A stretch of 64,000 bases of DNA from Eremomyces bilateralis CBS 781.70 (taxonomy: Eukaryota), in NCBI GenBank assembly GCA_010015585.1, contig ML975174.1. One strand, written 5' to 3'. Positions 24,190 through 35,734 of this stretch are shown in pieces; the first letter of the stretch is position 1, and each line of letters starts with the position of its first letter. Below the pieces are notes generated by a model. That model made no database searches. It was not told the origin of the DNA and worked only from the letters and a program-made list of their open reading frames with translations. The position numbers and the translations under genes were made by a program.

Positions 24190-24698
24190 CGTGGTAGTAA
24201 GGAGTCTTGATAGGTTGAAGGTCTCGTAAGGTCTCTTATCGACTTTCGACGAGATTGTTCGTCGGATGGTGGCTAAACATGAGATGTGAGTGGATGACGA
24301 TAACGATGGTGATGGGGACACCTACTTCGGATGCGAAGATGTTGTAACTCAACAATATCTACTCTTGGTGTCAAGGCGGTGTATTCTGTGAATGTCACTT
24401 CCGCAGGGAAAAACAGATCCAGTAGAGGCAGATTGTGTGTGGTTGAAGTGAACCAGATCCGCAAGTCGTGCTGTGGGTGAAAGCTGCAGCCGAAGCGAGA
24501 AAGTGAACTGATACTGTGCGCTCTGTGAAGGCAAGCGCTAGTGAGATCTGCTGTTGGCCCCATGTGAATTCAGTTCGGACGACACCAGTGCTTTCTAGTC
24601 ACTCTTTCCACCCTATGGGAGTACAACATCGGATATTTTACCCACCATCCGAAAGCGGACTATTAAGCATTGCAGGTTAGAATCGTGGCATCAGCTCA

Positions 24699-25784
24699 CT
24701 AGTCCTCGGCTTCCGGACTCGAGCCGTATAAGATCTCGCAAACCGCGCCAATGGGTACATCCATGACCGCATCGGTCCCTTCACTCCAATACCTCTTCCA
24801 GTCCACGTCTTTCTCAGCGATTGCCGCTCCCATCGCCTTCTTACTCCCCGCATAATGCCCTCGACTGCGTGCTCCATGCTTCCCAACCCCTCTCTCGCTC
24901 TTCTTCTGTCCCGACCCTCTCGATGCGGTTCCTCCCATTCTCCTATCCTGCACAATCTTCCCCTCCTCATCCACCACCGCCACCTGCGCCGCCTCGTCCA
25001 CCAAATTCTCGATACTCTTCATCGGCAACGTCAACCGCTGCGTATTATAGCTCGCCAGCGCCACATAGACATACCCCAGCAGCACGACTAGCCACGCCGG
25101 CACAGCCAGCGCCCACCATCGGTTCGGGTAGTAGTAGATCCCCAGCTCGTGCAGGAACGGCGACGGCAGGAACGCCCAGAGCAGGTACATCAGGAACGCC
25201 GCCGACGACACCATGTACAGCGCGAAGCCGTAGTACTCGTAGGTGGGGACTTTGGGGGCGGCGCGCGGGACGGTAGTAGCGGTGCGTGCGGACTTGGCGA
25301 CGGCGGCGGCGGTGCTGGCGGGAGTGCTGGTGCCGTTGCCGGTGAGGACTTCGACGTCACTGGAGTCGGGGGTGGTGGGTCGGGAGGTCTGGGTGCTGAA
25401 TGGGGGGCGGAGGAGGGAGGTTAGGGAGGGAGATTGGGGGAGAGATGTCGGTGGGCGGTTGTAGAAGGGTGGGTAGAGTCCTGCGGTAGGTGGGAGCTGT
25501 GGATGGGACGTTGAGCCCCGTTGGTTGTAGAGACGGGCATCCTGGGGTTTCAGATGGGAGTTCTCATCGCTCCCTCCAGCCTGGTTGGGGTCTTCTTCAT
25601 CAGAGGACTGTGAAGGGAATGGCTCGAGGGAGAATTGCGTTCCGGAGCTGGTATTCTCTTTGGCAACGTCTTCGGCTTGGACTTCATCCTTAGCTGGTTT
25701 CGTGTCGGCGGACGGAGTAGGTAGACTCGAGTCTAACTTCAATCGCAGCCCTTTGGGATTACCCTCCCCTCTATCTGGTGCCAT
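24699..25784 (-). CDS. GPI19: GPI-GlcNAc transferase subunit PIG-P with long disordered N-terminus
   Basis: PRAAPKVPTYEYYGFALY..two TM helices..GIYYYPNRWWALAVP..YNT; C-terminal GTDAVMDVPIGAVCEILY. Confidence 0.9.
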   Translation of the reverse strand: MAPDRGEGNPKGLRLKLDSSLPTPSADTKPAKDEVQAEDVAKENTSSGTQFSLEPFPSQSSDEEDPNQAGGSDENSHLKPQDARLYNQRGSTSHPQLPPTAGLYPPFYNRPPTSLPQSPSLTSLLRPPFSTQTSRPTTPDSSDVEVLTGNGTSTPASTAAAVAKSARTATTVPRAAPKVPTYEYYGFALYMVSSAAFLMYLLWAFLPSPFLHELGIYYYPNRWWALAVPAWLVVLLGYVYVALASYNTQRLTLPMKSIENLVDEAAQVAVVDEEGKIVQDRRMGGTASRGSGQKKSERGVGKHGARSRGHYAGSKKAMGAAIAEKDVDWKRYWSEGTDAVMDVPIGAVCEILYGSSPEAED

Positions 25785-26262
25785 GGCTTCTTGGAGGGCA
25801 GTTCATAAACTCAACGATTGAAGTAGTATCAAGTGAGCCACCATGACGTGGAGCGAACGTTGGTATTGGAATTTAAGGTTGGATCTACAAGCGGGGACTA
25901 GCTACATTTGTTTTAGCGTACCGAGAGTTTTACTGTGGGGACTCGAGAGAGGATCAATAGAACAACGTTCAGGTTGGATTTTAACTTTCTTGAAAGGTTA
26001 AATATTCATGATGATCTGTATTTATTCGCATCGATACTATGCTAGCGAGCAAAGCAATTAAATGAGTCTCACGGAAAATGTGCCGTTTTACGTCCAGCAA
26101 CAGCCCCTATTAGTTCAATTGTTGCCCGTACCTTAGTACCTTCGACCCATTTCGAACGACTCTTGTCCCGTACTGTCAACATGCTCATTCCACATTTCCC
26201 CTGTTTTGAATGATTAATAATCGATTCTCCAGCCCAATGCCGTTGCGACCAAATCTTCCCAC

Positions 26263-26924
26263 CTATCTCTGCAATGCCATCTGGGTATTTTTCAATCTGA
26301 AAGCAATCCGAGCAGGTCTGTCCCATTCAAGTTGGTTGTACTCGGGCCCCTCGTCTTGGAATATACGAAAGCGAGACCCGTATATCATTGGGCCAGCGTA
26401 GAACTGAGTACCAGGCGGGAGAGGCGAGTCGAGCCAGTGTGACTTGGCACGAATGATATCGTTCTTCAAGGAATTCAGGTACGGATGTGACGTACGGATG
26501 GTGTTTCCAACCGTAATGGCGGGCTCTCGAACGACTTGAATGGGTCAGATGGAGGTTAGTCATGCCCGCAAAAGCAATTCATTACATTTCCGATGTCATC
26601 CTTGTACTTGCCGTCGCATTGGCAAGCTTCAGAGCATTCGAAGGGATAGTAGTCAAGGCAATCGAGTTTAACCATCACAAAGCTAATTGGCGGCTCCAAG
26701 GCGATCGCATTGGCAACAAGGTGAAAGCTATCATCAGGAAGCTGTAATGGCCTCTCGGGAGAAAACGCGTCCGTCGGATCGTCGATGACCATGATATCGC
26801 TGAGTTCACCCAAGATCGGCCATCGAATTCGGAGCGAGGCCTTGTCCAACGCCAGATTGACCTCCATAATCTTCGAACGCCCGGGGCGGGCCATCTGCTG
26901 GAGAAGACCGGGCGTTATCGACAT
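26263..26924 (-). pseudogene. Disrupted uncharacterised fungal gene (nonsense codon plus frameshift near 26540-26558)
   Basis: ORF 26556-26924 (..ALEPPISFVMV..CFCGHD*) continues in another frame as PIQVVREPAITVGNTIRTSHPYLNSLKNDIIRA..PLPPGTQF, a pattern recalled from a fungal hypothetical family; the only candidate intron does not restore frame. Confidence 0.45.
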
Positions 26925-28678
26925 TGGACATCTGGTCGGACTCGGAGTTCTGAGCTGAGGATGTCGCAGTGGTATCCATCGTTAGTCTAAGGCGACGATC
27001 GCGTTGCTCAAGAATTTCTACGCGCGACTAGGCCAATGGTTCTTGATCTTTGCCCTGACGCGCTTTTAGTGTATGTTCCGGGTTTGGTTTTGCAGGTATG
27101 GAAGTTGGATATCATGCGACTTGCTGCGTGAATGGTCAACCTAGGACAGCTGAAATGTCCGATCTGATTTCGGGAGCACATTAGAGACAGTGCATATGCA
27201 TGGAGAGAGCCTGTTCTCAGGAAGGATAATTGGTCACAATTGGCCGAAGAAGTTTTGATTGGAGACCTTGATTTTTGTATACCAACTTACTATGCATGCT
27301 AAAAAGGACTTTATAGTGCTTCAGTGGGGTGATCTGTCGCTCAGTCGTCCCCTGTTGCTGACGAGATTGCTGGTGACAACGAAATCTCCTTGATCCACCA
27401 TTTCGATAAGAACCGAAATCTTATGGGTGACATTGAATTTCCCACCTGTTTGGGACGTGTCGGAGCCGAAACCATTTTCTATGATAGTGGTGTGAGGATC
27501 TATGTATGGCCAAAGCAACTTCGCACCACCGATCTAATTCTGATTATACTTTCGTTGCTGAGTCCGCGATTCTGTCTCTGGTTAGTGATAGATAGTATAC
27601 TTTCATGAAGATGCAGTAGAACAGAGGTCCCCCGACCGGGTACGGGACCAATTCTGAAACATATGAACTCGAACCGGGTCAGCCAACAGGGCCAGATGCA
27701 GTTCCATGGTCGCGTAATTGAGGGCGATTTCGACCTGCAGTGAGAATCATGCCGAAGGTGTTGATGAGGATTGAGGGCGGCCAGACATGGGAAGGATTCC
27801 AAGATTTATACCTTCTTTTAGGTGCTATCGAACAGTAGGTTGCTGGAAACCGCCGCGTCATCCGAAAGGAAATTCTGGTATCCTTGGTTGGTATTGGTAC
27901 GCGGGGGCCATCGATGGGACCCAGTCTTCTCGGTGAACCGAAGAGTATCGGTTGTAATTCAACTCAATTAGATGGCGAATCCGCAGCATGGGGGATGGTT
28001 AGCTCAACAGGCAAGTGGAAGGTTAGAAACTCGCGTATTTAGAGCGGAAATTGCGAAGTTCATAAAATCTCGCTGTCCCACTGCTTAGGAAGGAATTCAA
28101 CAGCAGAGGAAGTTGTTCTGGGGTTCAGTGTTTCGGGTCAATTGAGGCGATGGGACACAAAAAGGATTTAAATATTGATATTTTAGCGGATTTGAATAGA
28201 AATGCGAGACGAGGAGAATAGAAGAACGCAATACCAGATCAATTTGACAATTGGGCAGGCGTGACGCCTTTGGTAGAACACCTGTTGGATTATAGGACTA
28301 GATACAGAAGACTATATACAACGCCCATAGCGAATGCAAGAAGGGAGCAAGATTATAGCATGTTCACAGAAAAGGAGGTTCCGGAGTCATTCTGAGATGC
28401 AATGGGTAGAGCGTTGAGGAAAGGACTGAGGGGATAGGAAGGACGTATAAGTAAAAGCGGAAAAGGGGTAATGAAATGCCATAGATGCCGCAAACGAGAA
28501 TGAAATCCTTCAAAAAGTATCATATGGCTCTGGCAAACTGACCCCACGATGCACTGGTCGATTAACTGCCGCCAAATGATCCACTCGTTCCAATCATCTA
28601 CAAACAACCTGATCGTAGGAAACACCTCCATCATTCAGTCATTCAGCGATCAGATGCGTCGCTCTCTCATCCGCATTC

Positions 28679-29936
28679 TCACGAGTCACCTTGAAGCAGT
28701 GGCGCTCGCTCTCGGTCATCGGAAGCCGCGCCTCGGGTGATCAAACTTGGCACCGCGGTCGTGATGCTGAAGACAAACAGGACGCCCATGATGACGAAGG
28801 CGAAGATCCACTGGAATGCGACGACGTGGGTGAGGAACTGGGCGACGCCGAGCGCTGGGAGGAGTCAGCCGTATCCCCGCAAACCATCACCCTTGTACAA
28901 TAAAGAAACAGAACAATAGGAAGAGACCAGAAACATAACTTACAAGCTGCCAACACGCTCAAGGAAACTCCAAGAACCCAGTCACCGAACGCATACAGAT
29001 GAAACACGCCATACACCAAGATCCCCCAAATGGCGATATTCGCCAGAATCCTCGCCGCCAGCGTATGCGCATTCACTGCCGCGGCGCCGCTCCAATACAG
29101 CGCCACGAAATTAAACGCCAGCGGCCCCGCCAACACCGCGGTGTGAATCAACAACCGATAATCGAACGTCGGCGTCTCGTTCCCGCCGACGAAGCTCCGG
29201 AAAGCGTCTCGGACGCGGCGGGATGCGCCGCCGTCGGCCGTGAGGGGATTGTCGGCGCTGCGGGGGGGTTTGGGTGGGGGAAGGGAGAGGTAGGCGGAGG
29301 TGAGGTTGAGGAAGTTGACCACGAGAAGGATGAGGGCCCAGATGAGGTGGGTGCGGGTCCAGAGGTGGATGAAGCCGAAGAAGAGGAGGGTGGAGAGGGT
29401 GAAGTGGGGGGCGAGGTGGGCGGAGGGGCGGGAGCGGGCGTCGTCGGAGGAGTAGAGGGAGGTGAGGTAGGGGATTTGGAGGAGGAGGAGGAGAATCCTG
29501 TGTGGGGGGTTAGCGGAGTTGGGAGGGGAGTCGGGGGCAGGTACCAGTAGATGCTCGTTATGATCGAGTTGAGGGCGAAGGGTGTGGCATAGTGGCTGTT
29601 TTGGCCCCAAATTGTCCGATGGGCATACTTGCCCTCATGGGGTCGTTGAAAGGTGTAATAGACCCCGGTGATGACGAAAACAACCCAGGAGACAACCGTG
29701 ATGATCCTGTATAGGACGAGCGTGGCTTTGGAGTAGTTGTTACTTCGCACGAACGGATTCACTGTACATCCAACTGGTTAGCTCGCTGTCATTCTTAGAG
29801 TATCTCTTGCTGAGCAGCCTCGGGACCTCGAAGCAACCATCGCTGCAGCATACTTCGATCCGAAGAGTATTGGGAGGTACATACCCGACTGGACGCGCTC
29901 CTCCACCTGCGCCGCCACCTCATTGACGTCCGGCAT
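28679..29936 (-). CDS. DUF1774-type multi-pass membrane protein, 4 exons
   Basis: Spliced product MPDVNEV..VNPF..TIWGQN..TPFALNSIITSIYW/ILLLLLQIPYL..HF..LIHTAVLAGPLAFNFVALYWSGA..ARILANIAIW..AQF..FQWIFAFVIM..DRERAPLL; introns near 29762-29884, 29498-29544 and 28856-28943. Confidence 0.8.
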
Positions 29937-30162
29937 AGCGTTCGACAGGCCCCTATTTCAAGTCAGTGATCGTTCCCATTGTCTCCAAGCCGGACCACGA
30001 TGCCGACGACCACCGTACCTGTACTCAACCCGTAACTCCGAAGCGATCCGTCCCTCTTCCGTTTCTCGACTCGTATCTCAATCCAACGTAGATCCAAACC
30101 CAGAATCGCAACCAATTCAATACAATTTTATCTCACTCACGATCCAACAAATGAGCAAAAGA

Positions 30163-30201
30163 GAAATGCGAAAATGCGAAAATGCGAAAATTGCGAAACG
30201 C
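30163..30201. repeat. Short tandem repeat (GAAAATGC)x~4.5 upstream of the DUF1774 gene
   Basis: gaaatgc gaaaatgc gaaaatgc gaaaattgc gaaacgc read directly. Confidence 0.8.
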
Positions 30202-31083
30202 AATACGTCCGGAAAGCGGGGTCATATATAAACGATCAGTGGTCTGTCACATCAATCAAACCAAGGAAATCAACTGACCAGCAACCAACAACCATCGCTT
30301 GGGGGGAGACGCCCAAATCATCGACGATCGACGTCACCGCCCCACTTCTCCGCATTTCCACTCATTTGATCCTCACGTCATCCGCATCAGGCATCGCGCT
30401 GGTGCGTCCATCTCTTCATTGCGCCGGTGCTGTTAGCTCCACCGGCACTCGTCGCGCTACCGGATCTACTTGGAAATTCCGGTGCGAGGGGAAGGGAAAG
30501 AAAAGTCACTGGAGTTCATGCAGGACGGGGCGCAGGAGCTGCAGAAGGGGTTGGAGGGGTGACCAATGATGTGGGGGAGCGTACTAGGGGAGAGGGACGC
30601 ATTGGTATGATAGGGGGGATGGAGATGAGATCTGGAGTTACAGTAGCGGTACAGTATTAGGTAGGGAGCTTAATCGAAGAAAATATGCATAGTAATTGGT
30701 ATGGCGTTATTATCGTAGATTGCAATGCGGGGTGATACGGGGTACAGGGTGGCGTAAATAGCATTCCTAGCCTAGTCTGATACATTGGACTTCTGGTGAT
30801 ACGAATCGCATGCATCAAGATCCTACAGACACGGGATGAGGGATAGCTAAGTGTATGTACTAATTATGTAGGCGTCTGCAGAAGTACATCGATGGCGCGA
30901 TATTTCGACGATCGATCTTACCAACTAGCGCTACCACGACAGCCAATTGCGGCCACCAAGTCCCCGCAACTCCCTCCATTCATCGGACGACAAAACGCAC
31001 GGTATATATATACCTGTACTCCTCCCCGTCTCCGCAGTCTACCTTCAACATGCAGTCACCAGATCTTCCATTTCCCCCATCAC

Positions 31084-34000
31084 TCATTTCCACCCCTCCA
31101 ACCCCGCCCACGGTCCCTGCTGCCCCTGTTGTCCCTGCTGCCCCTGTCCACCACGACTCGGTGCCCTCCCCTGCTGCTGCGCATACCCGCCGGGCCCACT
31201 CGGATACGCCCCCTGCGCGATGGCCGCGGCATACTCCGCGGACGGCGGCGGTCCGGGAGGCGGCGGCGGCGGCTGCCAACCGGGCTGGCCGGGTTGCGGG
31301 GGTTGCTGGGGGGTGCGGGAGCCGGAGGGGGAGTAGATGGAGGCATAGGGCTGGTGGGAGGAGTGGTGGGGGCCGGGCGGGGGGGAGAAGTAGTTAGGAT
31401 TGTGGGATTGGGATTGATTTTGGCTTTGGGACTGGGATTGGGGAGAGGAGACGGGGGCAGATTGGNNNNNNNNNNNNNNNNNNNNNNNNNNNNNNNNNNN
31501 NNNNNNNNNNNNNNNNNNNNNNNNNNNNNNNNNNNGGGAGGTGGGGTGGGAGCCGTTAGCGGAGGTGCGGTTGGTGGGGAGGTAGCCGGTGGGAGGCGGG
31601 GAAGCGTAGAGTTCGGGAGGCATGGGGTTGGCGAACTGCGTGGTGATCGGAGGGGGGGAGGCGTAGAGTTCGGGGGGCATCGGGGTGGTGGAGGTGTACA
31701 ATTCGGGAGGCATGGTGGATGCGGAGGTCGGCGCGTTGCCACCTCCGGAGCTGAACTGCCTGGACACCGTTTTTCTTGAGGGTGACGTCGCGCTGACAGG
31801 ACTCTCCGACGGATTGACGCTCATGCGATCCATGAGCTCGTGCAGCCGTTCGCGTTCCCAGTCCACCAGTCCCGAATTATGGCTCGATTTGCGTTGCTCG
31901 ATCGCTGAGAGTAGCTGCCCACCTTCCGAGCGGCGGTTGTTGACAAACGTCTCGACATTCTTATGGAGGCTATCGACGGTGTCTTTCATCTCGGTGTAGA
32001 ATGCCTGCGCGCGCATGAGGCCTTGCACCAGGTCGTTGAAGGCTTGGTACACCTTGCGGTATTTGCTGATCACCGAATTGCGTTGCCGGGAGAAGGCTTC
32101 GTATTTGGACTGTTCCGCACGGACGCGCTTGTCCTGGAGGAGGTCGCCGTAGACGCGGGTCAGTTCTTTCATCAAAGATGTCTGCTTGTGGTTGGCTTGT
32201 AGGATTCGGGTTTGGTGAGGCCGGAATTTCTCCAATTCGGTCTTGAAGAGCTGGGCTTCCTGGTTGGTGATGGCGCGTTTATTGAGAATAAGCACATTGG
32301 AAATGTCATCGTTGTGAACCTGGTCATATTAGCGTTGCCCCATACAGGTCTCGGACGAAACCCTACCTTCTCCTTCAGATCTTTCAGCACCGCCGCCCGC
32401 TCTCGCTTGATCAAGTTCAGCTTCTTCACCAGCTCTTCCACGTTCGAAATCTGGTCTGCTACACTCGGTCCGCCCTCAAAGTCGTCATCAATCAAGCTCC
32501 CCTCCACTTGGGGCGACCTAGGACTTCCGATGCCCTTTCCTTTGGCTCGTGCCGCGCCAGCCTTAATCATTGCCCGCTGATATAAAACGTCCGCCTCGTC
32601 CGTCTCACCGGCACTTCTCATCTCGTCAAAATCCGCCTCGTACGTCCGGAAGGTGCTGAAAAGCTGCGCATCGCTGGTGGACGCCTCCTCAATCGCCCCT
32701 TTGTAGTTCTTGATATCGCTGCGTAACGTTGCCGTGAGCCGCGAACTCGGTTGCTGGGTCCAGTCATCGCCGTACTTCGACCGCATCTTCTCGCATACGC
32801 TTTCTTCCATATCCAGCTGCTTCTGTGACTGATCCAGCCGCGATGTGATCCCGGATTTGTCGGCGGAGAGCTGGTCGAAGGCTTTGTTGAAGGGTTGATG
32901 TCCAGCGAGCTCCTCGCACCATCGGCGGAACTCGGGATCGACACGGACATCTTGGTCCATGCCGCCTTTGAGGACGTTCAGGCTTTCGGGCAATTTCAAA
33001 TAGTCCAGACTTGCTTCCATTTCGTCATCTGCGACCTCGACACGCTCTGTCTCTGCCCGGACGACTTTCGCTTTTTCTTCGTCATACAGGCTTGCCGACT
33101 CCGTGACCGCCATGGGAACAATCTTCTGGAAGATGTCGGGACCGATGATCCGCTGAATATCCTGACCTTGATACAACTCGCTCACGGGGATGGCTTTCGC
33201 AGCTGGTAACTTCGGGATCGGCGATAGCGACGCCTCGCCGGGAACTGGCTGATGATAAATGAAGTCGTTGTCTTTCGAGAACTCTCGGTACTTCTCCTGG
33301 ACATTCACCAGGTGTCGCTTGGTGATGTCGCTGAGGATGACGCCGGTGTCGGAAGTCAGGTTGGAACTTGATGGCACGGAGGATGGAATGGCCGTGGCGA
33401 ATCGATTCGCTTCTCGCGCAAGACCTTCCGCGACCTGTAGTCGGCATACCGCGACTCCGTGGGCGTTCGCATCATTGTCGGCCAGCGCTTGGTAATACTG
33501 TGCGAGTGCTGCCATATGGCTAGCTTTGGCCTAATCAAATCAACACTGCCCCATCACTGCAGAGGTGGACATACCTGAGCGACTAGCAGCCAAACCCGCT
33601 CAAAGATCGCTTTCGTCACATTCTCCTGAACGCCTTCCAATGCCTGCGCGTAGAGAAACGCGGCCTGACTAGCCAACTTCGCCAACAACCCTACCTTCTT
33701 ATCGTCCGCGATCTGCTTTTCCAGAAACACTTCCTGCCCCTGCGCCAACATCAGCGCGATCAGCGTCTTCACCGTCTCCCGACTCAAGTCCATGCTCGGC
33801 GCGTGCAGGAAGTTCTCGTTGATGTAGGTGAACATGCCCGCGGCGGCCTGAAACGAGTGGTATGCGGTCTTCAACCCCGTATCTTCGAATCGGTTCTGGT
33901 GCGCCGCGTGGCAGGACAACACGGCTGAGATGTTGAATATGATGGATGCTTTTTCATACGCCAGAGAATACTGGGACGTCGGTTTATGTGTGAATGCGTC

Positions 34001-34347
34001 GAACCTGCACTGCATTAGCCCTGCTCCCAACACCCCAATGATTCGCGTCCGATGGGCCGAACTCACCAAGTAAACGAAATCTTAATATGATTCTCATCCA
34101 CGGGAAACCGCAGATCCAGCAGCTCCAACTGCCCGTAATACCGATACAGCAGATCCCGTCCCGCCGCGCTGTCCTTCCCCGCGCCTCGCATGTCCTGCCG
34201 CAGGCGATTCAGCATCGCACACTCCTCGTTGTACCGCTCGGGATCATCGCCATAGGTGTCGCGTATGTACGCCTTCAGCGGTGTGATCCAGTCGACCTCG
34301 TTGGTCTGCTTGAGCGGACTCGAGAGCATAGGCGTCTGGGCGAGCAT
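31084..34347 (-). CDS. BRO1: ESCRT-associated Bro1 (Vps31) protein; introns 34005-34066, 33531-33574, 32320-32366; 3' part crosses an assembly gap
   Basis: PLKQTNEVDW..LNRLRQDMRGAGKDSAAGRDLLYRYYGQLELLDLRFP, SQYSLAYEKAS, KDNDFIYHQ (Bro1 domain); V domain; Pro-rich tail. Confidence 0.95.
31466..31535. other. Assembly gap (70 N) inside the low-complexity BRO1 tail
   Basis: Run of N; the reading frame across the gap cannot be verified. Confidence 0.99.
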
Positions 34348-35734
34348 TGTGGCGGTGGCGGTCGATGATGGGAGGGGAAGATGGAGGCGGTTAAGTGCGG
34401 GTGGAGGAAGAGGAAGAGGTGGAGGCGGTGGTTTGGTGAGGTGATTCGTATTGGGACGGCCAGGAGATGGGGTGATGCTGCAGATGTTGGTTTATGCACT
34501 TATCCGTGATGACGGGGCGCTACACGTCGTGGATTGGGGGTCGGTGGTTCCAATTCCAATCGTGGGAGGACCATGGACGAGAGTCTCGCTGTCTTCACCG
34601 GCTTGGAGGCAACGGGGTCACATTCACCAGCTCTGGATGGTCATGTCGTGCAAAATGCCGTCGTGTTGGTGAGTTGGACCTCGTGTAGGCTGACGTATTG
34701 ATTGGGCAGGTGTGCGTCGTTGTCGTGGCCCAACGGAGCAGAGGTAGCGAACGGAGGATTTGGCTTTAGATAAGAATCCAAGATGACGCACAGTGAAGGA
34801 TACAATGTCCAGGTGATGGATTCGGAGAGCCTAGCAAGGTGCGACTTCGCGTTGCTGGGAGATGTGAGGTGTTCGGTTCCTTGCGTGAAGGCGGGCGTAG
34901 TGGTGTGTTATTTAGTGTGAAGGCGGGGATGCCTGGCGGTTGGATGCAGTGGAAATGGCCGACGTCGCTGAAATCAAGAGGATACCGACAGTGTCCGATC
35001 AAACAAGTTACAAGAAAGACAAACCCTCGAGGAGCTCTGAGAGTGGTGAACTGGTGATGTTGAGATGGAGGGCGAGAGATGATACAGCAGTGGAATGTTG
35101 TGCGTCTTTCACGCTGCTACTTGTTACAATCATCAATGAGCATCTCTCAGAGCATGGACTCGTAGCGGGAGGGACCGCGACCTCTGCGGCCCAATCTGCG
35201 ACCGCCCACGCGCGAGGAGCTGTGATCCCTAAGCGCTGACCGAGTGATGGCCCTGGGGCTAGCGCCGATCGGGAAACCCGCTTGGTCAATCAATCTTCTT
35301 GGCTGTGGATATACGAATAACGAAATACTGTTGAGGCTGTGTGGATGCGGATGGGGAGGAGGACGAAGGATGGGTTTAAATGATAAATTGAGGAATGGAG
35401 GTAGATGGATAGAAGGGGAGTTGTTGCTCTCTACCTTGGTCTATCAGAAGCACATAATACACATCTGGTACACTGCTAATTATACCGCAAGTTCTAATCT
35501 TATTTGGGTGGCTTTCTGGTGCTACAGCTTGGTACAATCTACAGATACAATACAAGATTGGGGATTCTCCAAACCAAACCCATCCCGTCTCCTCGTACAG
35601 TCCCAAATGAAAACTCCTTCCCATGCACGCTGAATCAATGGTCCTGGAGGTATGCCAGTGATGAACGGAGATGACCAAACCGGACGACCGTGAAGGGATG
35701 TCGAAAATCAGGACCGCCAGCCTCTATCAACTGT

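Noticed and set aside
21500..24650. Intact LTR retrotransposon around the Gag-like ORFs
   Set aside because: No LTR pair, primer-binding site, polypurine tract or pol domains visible.
27990..28040. tRNA-like start GGGGATGGTTAGCTCAA
   Set aside because: No convincing T-arm GTTCRA, anticodon arm or acceptor stem.
30422..30490. Hairpin GCCGGTG..CACCGGC and GGAAATTCCGGTG resembling RNase P CR-I
   Set aside because: Imperfect match and no pairing CR-V element found.
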